In this document: one piece after another, positions 15,498-22,287 of the stretch | Position numbering within the stretch: the first letter of the stretch is position 1 | How the letters are laid out: every line of letters starts with the position of its first letter | Notes under the pieces: model-generated | What the model saw: the letters and a program-made list of their open reading frames with translations, nothing else | Told to the model about the DNA's origin: nothing | Database searches by the model: none | DNA from: Promethearchaeota archaeon | Lineage (GTDB): Archaea > Asgardarchaeota > Hermodarchaeia > Hermodarchaeales > Hermodarchaeaceae | Assembly (NCBI GenBank): GCA_048938295.1 | Contig: JBHLMI010000037.1 | Coordinates: 1 to 22,287, forward strand | Length of the DNA: 22,287 nucleotides | Direction: 5' to 3' | Translations under genes and position numbers: made by a program

Positions 15498-15893
15498 TTA
15501 TCGTAGCGTGCGCACCCATTCCTCATGTAATGATGGCTGATCTGGGGCACCTGGTACAGCTTGGAACTCCGTTTGCAGCTCATGCACAATCTGTGCGACA
15601 CGGCCTTCAGTGGCCACGCAATCGTAGATGCCTTCCTCTAAATCCAGGTTCGCCGGTGGGAAATCGATCCGGTGCATCAACGTGATGAGCACCCCATTGA
15701 GCTCAACACCAATCGCATACAACCGTAAAGCCCGCAGCCACTGCGCTGGATTACCGATCACATCGCCTTCGAAAGGTGCCACGTGATAGACTGGTTCAAA
15801 GGTCACAATCGCCGCTTGACGGGCGAATGCCAGAAACCGTTGGTAATCGTGCACTTCCACAGGGGGAACATGCCCCATTTGTTCAATTTCCAT
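15498..15893 (-). CDS. Hypothetical protein (131 aa)
   Basis: GGAGGT SD before ATG 15893. No family recognised. Confidence 0.7.
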   Translation of the reverse strand: MEIEQMGHVPPVEVHDYQRFLAFARQAAIVTFEPVYHVAPFEGDVIGNPAQWLRALRLYAIGVELNGVLITLMHRIDFPPANLDLEEGIYDCVATEGRVAQIVHELQTEFQAVPGAPDQPSLHEEWVRTLR

Positions 15894-15925
15894 AAGATTC
15901 TACCTCCGATTAGGTGAGCTCTCCC

Positions 15926-16075
15926 ACCCCCTCGTTTCCAATGGAGCCACGACGACTCCAACGTTATTGGGGTGAACGGGAAACATTGATAACAGGTTAT
16001 ATAATTCAACAATACCTTATAAAGCTTTGTATTACTCTTAAAAAATAGATAAAAAGTAATATAAATAAGCTAAAT
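15926..16075. other. ORB-like origin recognition box plus adjacent AT-rich tract (candidate replication origin)
   Basis: Minus strand 15946-15926 reads CTCCATTGGAAACGAGGGGGT (ORB core TCCA-N-TGGAAAC plus G-string). 15981-16075 has 18 G+C in 95 nt by hand count. Confidence 0.5.
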
Positions 16076-16174
16076 GCTGGACAAACCTGGTCTCCGAAAC
16101 TCACGAACCTGTCACCCATACCGAATCTGAATCAAATCACGCCTAACGTCAAAATCTGGCGAAAAAAAGAGAAA

Positions 16175-16280
16175 TGGTGCGGTCGCCGGGATACTCGGTC
16201 AGTCACGGGGTGTCTACTGACGTTCGAACCCGGGTAATCGGCGTGGAAGGCCGATATCTTAACCACTAGACCACGACCGC
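16175..16280 (-). tRNA. trnG: tRNA-Gly(TCC) with a 31-nt T-loop intron at 59/60 (16192-16222); CCA encoded
   Basis: Complete BHB: GGG/CCC, central TTCG/CGAG, bulges AA|C and TA|T, intron stem GTCAGT/ACTGAC. Anticodon loop CT-TCC-AC. Confidence 0.95.
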
Positions 16281-16404
16281 GTCACTCGGCAGGGGTGATG
16301 TCGGCTCGCTTAAGTCTTTCCATTAGCTGGTGAACAGGTTATAGTGCGTGAGAGAAGTAGAGCCAAAACCAATAAAAGGGGTGACGGTTTTTACCTGCTT
16401 TCGT

Positions 16405-16479
16405 GCGCTGTTGGTCTAGTGGCTAGGACTCCAGCCTGCCACGCTGGGTGCCCGGGTTCAAATCCCGGACAGCGCACCA
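16405..16479 (+). tRNA. trnG: tRNA-Gly(GCC); CCA encoded
   Basis: GCGCTGT...CCAGC-CTGCCAC-GCTGG...ACAGCGC-ACCA, 75 nt. Confidence 0.97.
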
Positions 16480-16505
16480 TTCTCCCATTTTTTGAGGTGG
16501 TCAAT

Positions 16506-16853
16506 ATGCGAATGCACGGGAGCCGTCGATGGCGAACCACTGTTTTACAGCACCTCCGGACTTTATTCCTGAGAGCTGAAGCGGTAGCAGCAGCGGATCC
16601 TGCCTTGGCGCAACGGTATGTGCAATCGGCTCGGCGTATCGTAATGCGTACGCGGATCCGGATTCCCCCGGAGTTTCGCCATTGTTATTGCCATCGCTGT
16701 GAGAATTACCTGCGACCCGGTGTGAATGCCCGGATTCGATTGCGTAATGCTGGCAGGAGTAAATTCGTAGTGATCACCTGTTTGACTTGTGGGAACCGAC
16801 GAAAAGTCGTATGGGAATCGGAACGAGGAGTGAAGCATGCCAACCAAAGTTGA
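16506..16853 (+). CDS. rnp4: Ribonuclease P protein component 4 (Rpp21/Rpr2)
   Basis: LAQRYV...RIRIPPEFRHCYCHRC...VITCLTCG. ATG 16506 follows GAGGTGG. Confidence 0.92.
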   Translation: MRMHGSRRWRTTVLQHLRTLFLRAEAVAAADPALAQRYVQSARRIVMRTRIRIPPEFRHCYCHRCENYLRPGVNARIRLRNAGRSKFVVITCLTCGNRRKVVWESERGVKHANQS

Positions 16854-17130
16854 TTTGGCCCGGATTTGGGCAGAAGCAAAGCCAGCAGTCCGCATCGGGA
16901 AAGATGGATTAGATGCTGGGATCATTGAAGAGGTTAATCGCCAGCTGAAGAAGCAAAAGGTCATCAAGGTGAAATTCCTGAAATCCTCGTCGGCTTCTGA
17001 CTATGTTGACAAGTTAGCTGCGCAGTTGGCGGCTAAAACGTCAAGTGAAGTCTGGGGACGCCGGGGATTTGTGGTAGTTCTAGCGCGAACCTCACGGTCA
17101 TATAACAAAGTAACTACGAAAGAATTTTAA
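16837..17130 (+). CDS. yhbY: YhbY/CRM-domain RNA-binding protein
   Basis: PAVRIGKDG...IKVKFL...RGFVVVL, in its conserved position after rnp4. Confidence 0.88.
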   Translation: MPTKVDLARIWAEAKPAVRIGKDGLDAGIIEEVNRQLKKQKVIKVKFLKSSSASDYVDKLAAQLAAKTSSEVWGRRGFVVVLARTSRSYNKVTTKEF

Positions 17131-17199
17131 GGCGCTCATCGACTATCTCAGCCGACTCGTCGGCGGGTCAATTTCGCTATGCGCCGTGGGGTCTTTATT

Positions 17200-17628
17200 G
17201 TGTCTACTGTATATGATGTTCCTGCTGATCAGCTGATTCCTCGTATTGCTGAGGAGCTCAAGAAGGCAAAAGAAGTCACACCACCGAAATGGGCCCAATA
17301 CGTTAAGACTGGTTCAAATAAAGAGAAACCACCAATCAATAAGGACTGGTGGTATATCCGTTGTGCCTCAATCCTCCGTCGACTCTATGTGAAAGGTCCT
17401 AGCGGTGTGACCCGGCTTCGCACCGCCTATGGCGGACGAAAGCGTCGTGGTACCCGTCCCACTCACTTCTCGAAGGGAAGCGGTCACATTATTCGAACGG
17501 CCCTCCAACAATTGGAAAAGGCTGGTCTTGTTGAACACGATAAAGGCACAGGCAGACGGTTATCAAGTAAAGGCTGGTCCTTCCTCGACAAATTGGCACA
17601 CATGATGCGAACCGAGGATGCAGGATAA
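17200..17628 (+). CDS. rps19e: 30S ribosomal protein S19e
   Basis: TVYDVPAD...VKTG...DWWYIRCASILRRLY...GSGHIIRTALQQLE. Likely GTG start at 17200. Confidence 0.97.
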   Translation: MSTVYDVPADQLIPRIAEELKKAKEVTPPKWAQYVKTGSNKEKPPINKDWWYIRCASILRRLYVKGPSGVTRLRTAYGGRKRRGTRPTHFSKGSGHIIRTALQQLEKAGLVEHDKGTGRRLSSKGWSFLDKLAHMMRTEDAG

Positions 17629-17649
17629 CATGGGTTGGAGGTAGCGCTA

Positions 17650-17982
17650 TTGAGTGACGAAGAATTGGATGAGCTGCGAAAACGGAAATTGGCTCAACTG
17701 CAACAGCAGTCTATGGCAGAGGACCAAGTGGCAGCTCAAGAGGCAGAGATTCGTGCCCAACGGGCAGCAATTCTTCGGCAAATCCTCTCGCCCGAGGCGC
17801 GTGCGCGGCTATCTAATCTACGAATGGTGAAACCTTCATTTGCCGAACAAATTGAAAACGACCTCATTCGCCTGGCATCAGCGAATCGGTTACCCGAGAT
17901 TCCGATCACTGACAAGACACTGAAGAGGATGCTTGCACAAGTGGCTGGACGACAGCGTGATACTAAAATCCAATTCAAATGA
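17650..17982 (+). CDS. PDCD5/Tfar19-like DNA-binding protein
   Basis: [15 protein letters not shown]...[21 protein letters not shown] start after GGAGGT. Confidence 0.93.
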   Translation: MSDEELDELRKRKLAQLQQQSMAEDQVAAQEAEIRAQRAAILRQILSPEARARLSNLRMVKPSFAEQIENDLIRLASANRLPEIPITDKTLKRMLAQVAGRQRDTKIQFK

Positions 17983-17996
17983 AAAAGGTGACAAGT

Positions 17997-18152
17997 ATGG
18001 CTCGAAACAAACCCCTGGCTAAGAAATTACGGCTTGGCCGTCAACTGAAGTCCAATGTTGGCGTTCCCGCATGGATTATGGTAAAGACCAACGGAAAGGT
18101 CAGAACACACCCAAAGCGACGAAATTGGCGGCAATCAAAATTAAAACCCTAA
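17997..18152 (+). CDS. rpl39e: 50S ribosomal protein L39e
   Basis: Manual translation [51 protein letters not shown] (51 aa, not in the ORF track). Confidence 0.97.
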   Translation: MARNKPLAKKLRLGRQLKSNVGVPAWIMVKTNGKVRTHPKRRNWRQSKLKP

Positions 18153-18174
18153 GCATCACTGGAGGGTATCAACG

Positions 18175-18498
18175 ATGAGTGAAGAAGATAGAACGGTAAC
18201 TGAAGAGCTCGGAGTGCCCGAAGCTGCAGAAGAGATTGTTGTCGAAAGACTTTACACGATTCCCCTAGGCAAGGCGTATGAAACCATTCGGAAACGACGA
18301 GCCAAACGAGCAGTCAATCTTGTTAAAGCCTTTATCATTCGGCATATGAAAGTGGACGACGAAGCCGACCTCTCCATCGACACGGCTCTCAACGAATACC
18401 TTTGGACCCGAGGAATTGAGAAGCCACCACGCCGGGTTCGCGTCCGTGCAACCAAAGATCGTGATGGACTTGTCAAGGTCTTCTTAGTTGAAGAATAA
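18175..18498 (+). CDS. rpl31e: 50S ribosomal protein L31e
   Basis: ERLYTIPL...RAKRAV...LNEYLWTRGIEKPPRRVRV. Confidence 0.97.
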   Translation: MSEEDRTVTEELGVPEAAEEIVVERLYTIPLGKAYETIRKRRAKRAVNLVKAFIIRHMKVDDEADLSIDTALNEYLWTRGIEKPPRRVRVRATKDRDGLVKVFLVEE

Positions 18499-18551
18499 TG
18501 GTACTCCCTTTTCATTCCACAACGGGGTAAACTATCTGTGTGGCTTTCCTT

Positions 18552-19226
18552 ATGAGTGGTAGAATTCAACGACTTGATTTCAATGGTAGTTCCAATATTG
18601 GAGCGTTTTGTCGGGTCACGGATCATTGGGTGCTACAAGGTCCAAGCAATGAGGTGACTACCCAAAGGCTAACTCAACTCTTTGAAAAGGAACCGATTAG
18701 CACTACCATTGGTCAGAGCACTCTCATCGGTATCCTCACAGTCGGGAACAAAAAAGGTCTCCTTGTGCCCCAGATTGTATTTGATGAAGAACTCGAATCG
18801 CTACAAGAACTTGGTATCCCAATCGTGCAATTGGAATCCAAACTCACTGCATTAGGCAATCTTATTTTGACCAACGATCATGCAGCCCTCGTCAGCACTG
18901 CGTTCTCGAAAAAGGAACAGAAGATCATTCGTGATGCACTCGATGTAGAAGTTAATGCAAGCCAGATAGCAGGATCTGAGTTGGTGGGCTCCTTTTGTGT
19001 GGTTACAAATAATGGCTTATTAGCCCACACGGATGTTTCTGAAGAAGAATTAGACTGGTTGGGTTCGTTCTTCTCTGTGGGAACCGACATCGGCACCATT
19101 AACTGTGGGGTGCCCTATGTGTCGATTGGGCTGCTCGCCACACTAAAGGCAGCAGCAGCAGGTTTTGAAACCACTGGACCCGAGCTCATGCGTATCACCG
19201 AAGCCTTCTTTTCGAACACACCTTAG
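18552..19226 (+). CDS. eif6: Translation initiation factor 6 (aIF6)
   Basis: GSSNIG, LGNLILTND, VGSFCVVTNNGLLAH, GTINCG, TTGPEL. Confidence 0.96.
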   Translation: MSGRIQRLDFNGSSNIGAFCRVTDHWVLQGPSNEVTTQRLTQLFEKEPISTTIGQSTLIGILTVGNKKGLLVPQIVFDEELESLQELGIPIVQLESKLTALGNLILTNDHAALVSTAFSKKEQKIIRDALDVEVNASQIAGSELVGSFCVVTNNGLLAHTDVSEEELDWLGSFFSVGTDIGTINCGVPYVSIGLLATLKAAAAGFETTGPELMRITEAFFSNTP

Positions 19227-19295
19227 ATTTGGAAAGAGTTAAAATAGCTCCGACTATTCGGTGGTTCACTGCATACCTCATCGAGGCTGGTAGCC

Positions 19296-19529
19296 ATGTC
19301 AGTGCAAATATATCACCTAGAAGGCACCTACACCCGAGATAAGCGGAATTACCGCTTTTCCCACGAAATCCGTGCCGTCACCGAAGATAACGCCCGAGAA
19401 AAGCTCTACACCCTCTTAGGCTCTTTTCACCGGGTAGGACGGGCTGCAATCAAGATCGAAAACATATCGGTAATTGCACCAGAGGAAGCCGAAAACCTGC
19501 TTATTCGAAAGCAAAGTGGGATCGATTAA
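19296..19529 (+). CDS. rpl18a: 50S ribosomal protein L18Ae (LX/L20a)
   Basis: FSHEIRA...AREKLYTLLGSFHRV...IKI, between eif6 and pfdA. Confidence 0.92.
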   Translation: MSVQIYHLEGTYTRDKRNYRFSHEIRAVTEDNAREKLYTLLGSFHRVGRAAIKIENISVIAPEEAENLLIRKQSGID

Positions 19530-19574
19530 ATCCTGACAGGAGCTTCCAGCAACCCCTTGGGGGAAGAACGAACA

Positions 19575-20018
19575 ATGACAAAAACTCCTCCCAACCCTGA
19601 GCAAACGGCACAGCAATTTATTATGGCTATCCAAGCCCTTGAAGAAGAAATCGCGCGAGGTCAAAGCAATCTCCAGATGATTGAAGTTCAAATGCAACGC
19701 CTGGCAGAAACTACAATGGCAGTACAAGAGTTAAAAAATCACGAAGCTGACGATGAAATCATGGTCAGCATTGGCTCGGGGGTCCAGCTTTATGTGAAGC
19801 TCATTGACCCCAAGCATGTAGTGACCTCAATCGGAGCTGGCTTTGCATCGGAACGGACTCTAAACGATGCGTTGAAGCGGTTCGAAGAACAACAAAAACA
19901 ACTCACCAATATTGCTCAACGACAAACTGAACAGCTGCAAAACGCACAAGCAAAAATTGATGACTATCGTTCTGACCTCAACCAACTTATCCAAACCGCT
20001 CAGCAGCAGCAAAAATAA
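19575..20018 (+). CDS. pfdA: Prefoldin alpha subunit
   Basis: Coiled-coil arms around IMVSIGSG...VVTSIGAGFASE, in conserved synteny. Confidence 0.92.
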   Translation: MTKTPPNPEQTAQQFIMAIQALEEEIARGQSNLQMIEVQMQRLAETTMAVQELKNHEADDEIMVSIGSGVQLYVKLIDPKHVVTSIGAGFASERTLNDALKRFEEQQKQLTNIAQRQTEQLQNAQAKIDDYRSDLNQLIQTAQQQQK

Positions 20019-20053
20019 CTGAAATGATATGCATGGGAGTGGGGGGATAAGCG

Positions 20054-20965
20054 GTGTTTGAAAGACTTCGTAAAGCAGTTGATGGATTCGTCCAAAAGGT
20101 CACCCATAAATCGATTAGTGAAAAGAACCTTGACTCTGCTTTCTCAGATCTTCAACTAGCCCTCTTAGAAAACGACGTAGCTTACGAGGCTACTGAACGA
20201 ATCAACGAGCGCTTAAAAGAGACCTTGACGGGCGAACAAATCGGGCTTCTCCAAAGTAAAAAAGGCGCGATTCGCGAAGCGTTGTATGAAGCGATCTTAG
20301 AGGCTTTGACTCCCAAGGAACCTGTGGACCTGTTTGCTCTGTTAGAGCAACGGAAAAAGGCAGGAGACCCACTCACACTCATGTTCCTGGGCATAAATGG
20401 TACGGGCAAAACGACCACCATCGCCAAGCTAGCCTACCTGTTTCAGAAGAGAGGTTATTCAGTTGTGCTAGCCTGTGGGGACACCTTTCGGGCAGGAAGT
20501 GCCGAACAGCTTCAAACCCATGGCAACCGGTTGAAAATTCGTGTAATCACTCGCCCCTATGGTTCTGATTCAGCATCAGTAGGCTTCGATGCCATCAGCC
20601 ATGCCCGTGCTCGCAAAATCGACGTGGTGCTTATCGACACAGCAGGTCGGATGCAAACTGACAAGAACCTCATGGCCGAACTCAAGAAAATCCACCGGGT
20701 CGCTGAACCTGACCTTGTTATTTTTGTTGGCGACGCGCTTGCCGGAAATGACGCCATAGAGCAGGCAAAAACATTCAATAAAGAAATTGGAATCGATGCT
20801 GCCATTCTCACCAAGGTTGATGCTGATGCAAAAGGTGGCGCCGCACTCTCAATCGCCATCGCTACTGGGAAACCCATCATCTTTATCGGTGTAGGACAGG
20901 AATATCCTGACTTGGAAGCCTTCGATCCTGAATGGTTTGCCCGAAAAATCGTGCCTGCCGATTAG
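20054..20965 (+). CDS. ftsY: Signal recognition particle receptor FtsY
   Basis: GINGTGKTTT, DTFRAG, DTAGR, TKVD...KGG, GVGQ...DL. Confidence 0.97.
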   Translation: MFERLRKAVDGFVQKVTHKSISEKNLDSAFSDLQLALLENDVAYEATERINERLKETLTGEQIGLLQSKKGAIREALYEAILEALTPKEPVDLFALLEQRKKAGDPLTLMFLGINGTGKTTTIAKLAYLFQKRGYSVVLACGDTFRAGSAEQLQTHGNRLKIRVITRPYGSDSASVGFDAISHARARKIDVVLIDTAGRMQTDKNLMAELKKIHRVAEPDLVIFVGDALAGNDAIEQAKTFNKEIGIDAAILTKVDADAKGGAALSIAIATGKPIIFIGVGQEYPDLEAFDPEWFARKIVPAD

Positions 20966-21051
20966 TTCAAAGCCTCTTTTTGTGAGACACAAAGGCTAAA
21001 AAGTAGCAGTGCTTGCAGGTTCAAACGATTTCCTTATGGTATGTGAGAAAA

Positions 21052-21981
21052 ATGGAACTGAAAGGGCGCCATCTACTCAGTCTAAAAGACTTTACTCGCG
21101 AAGAAATTCAGCTTATTCTCGACACCTCGTCAGATTTGAAACGGCAACGCTACTGTGGTGAACTAGGGACCAGCTTGTTGGGACGATCCGTGGGTATGAT
21201 CTTTGAACGCCCCTCCACCCGGACACGCGTCAGCTTTGAGGTCGCCATTAACGAATTATCTGGTGATTCTCTCTTTCTGAGCTCACAGGAATTACAGCTT
21301 AGCCGCGGGGAACCAATAGCGGACACAGCACGGGTGCTCAGCCGTTATCTGCACGGGATTGTCATCCGCGCTACCAGCCATGAGCATGTCGTGGAACTTG
21401 CCGAATATAGCGACATTCCTGTGATTAATGCCCTCACCCCGATGTATCATCCATGCCAAGCTCTTGCAGATTTGCTTACTATCCACGAAAAACTCCATGA
21501 GCTAGAGGGACTCAAACTCGTCTACATCGGTGACGGCAACAACGTCTGCCATTCTCTCATGATTGGTGGGACAACCATGGGATTGGAAATCACCGTTGCC
21601 ACACCACCCGGATATGAACCCAACCCCGAAGTCACGGCATTTGCCCGAGAAAGGGCAGAGGAGAATATGGCACAGCTTGAACTTACCAATGACCCGAAGG
21701 CTGCTGCAGAGGAGGCAGATGTTTTGTATACCGACGTGTTCGTATCAATGGGGCAGGACGAAGAACGCAAGAAACGCCTTGGCGCTTTTCTACCTGATTA
21801 CCAAATAAACGAAACCTTGGTCGAACTTGCAGCTCCCCACAGTATAGTGATGCACTGTCTCCCTGCCCATCGGGATGAAGAAATCACCGATGCTGTCATC
21901 GAAGGTCCTCATAGCGTTGTCTGGGATCAAGCCGAAAATCGACTCCATACCGAAAAAGCTGTCCTTGCCCTGCTTCTCTAA
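21052..21981 (+). CDS. argF: Ornithine carbamoyltransferase
   Basis: STRT, HPCQ, GDGNNV, MHCLP, QAENR. Start at ATG 21052. Confidence 0.95.
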   Translation: MELKGRHLLSLKDFTREEIQLILDTSSDLKRQRYCGELGTSLLGRSVGMIFERPSTRTRVSFEVAINELSGDSLFLSSQELQLSRGEPIADTARVLSRYLHGIVIRATSHEHVVELAEYSDIPVINALTPMYHPCQALADLLTIHEKLHELEGLKLVYIGDGNNVCHSLMIGGTTMGLEITVATPPGYEPNPEVTAFARERAEENMAQLELTNDPKAAAEEADVLYTDVFVSMGQDEERKKRLGAFLPDYQINETLVELAAPHSIVMHCLPAHRDEEITDAVIEGPHSVVWDQAENRLHTEKAVLALLL

Positions 21982-22003
21982 CACGTTTTCGAGGTCAGGC
22001 ACC

Positions 22004-22287
22004 GTGTCTGTGATTTGTTTCTGTTCGCAGCAAGACCTCGCCGCCCAAAACATCAAACGTCACCTTCTCAACCTATTTCCGTTCACAGAAACGCCTGAGA
22101 CATATAATAACCAATCAATCTACAAACTCGATCAGCTCTCCCTTGTCACCATCGAAAAAGACAGCATCTATGCTGACGACCTTGACGATGATTTTTCTGC
22201 TGATCTTTTCATTTTTGCTTCCCGCCATAAATCCGCCGCTTTCCAACCAGCGCTCCTTACCCATATTCCTGGCAATTGGGCTGATGC
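22004..22287 (+). CDS. dtdA: Archaeal D-aminoacyl-tRNA deacylase (DTD2), 5' part; runs off the right edge
   Basis: Manual translation MSVICFCSQQDLAAQNIK...FIFASRHKSAAFQPALLTHIPGNW: S..D.A..N and SRH...LT.H.PGN family motifs. GAGGT SD upstream. Confidence 0.88.
   Translation, partial: MSVICFCSQQDLAAQNIKRHLLNLFPFTETPETYNNQSIYKLDQLSLVTIEKDSIYADDLDDDFSADLFIFASRHKSAAFQPALLTHIPGNWAD

Noticed and set aside
16344-16505. N-terminal extension of Rpp21 in the ORF track
   Set aside because: It runs through tRNA-Gly(GCC); ATG 16506 has a strong SD.

Overview
Archaeal chromosomal window. A TACK- or Asgard-type lineage is inferred from gene order, SepF, and tRNA introns at non-canonical positions. Left third (1-8500) is accessory. 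It holds a Cys-rich arsenic/metalloid-type cluster: flavin reductase and arsM divergent from a PadR regulator, an unannotated 33-aa CxxCC peptide, a CC-containing nitroreductase and a Zn-finger-GNAT. Five copies of a 16-bp palindromic operator-like motif lie in the arsM/padR promoter and upstream of the peptide. Next come hypothetical genes, a solo IS607/IS200-IS605-superfamily tnpB with a visibly folded omegaRNA region, two small unannotated ORFs each followed by a hairpin, a 2-hydroxyacid dehydrogenase and a lone AbrB-like gene. The rest is mostly housekeeping: PhzF, an NSUN6/RsmB-like methyltransferase, pcm, DUF371, trm5, sepF, a PUA protein, lsm-rpl37e, five CCA-encoding tRNAs (three with introns at about 22/23, 33/34 and 59/60), the conserved rnp4-yhbY-rps19e-PDCD5-rpl39e-rpl31e-eif6-rpl18a-pfdA-ftsY cluster, argF and the start of dtdA. 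A full ORB-like box beside a ~80% AT tract between two tRNA genes may mark a replication origin. All calls come from reading the sequence and recalled family motifs; no searches were run.
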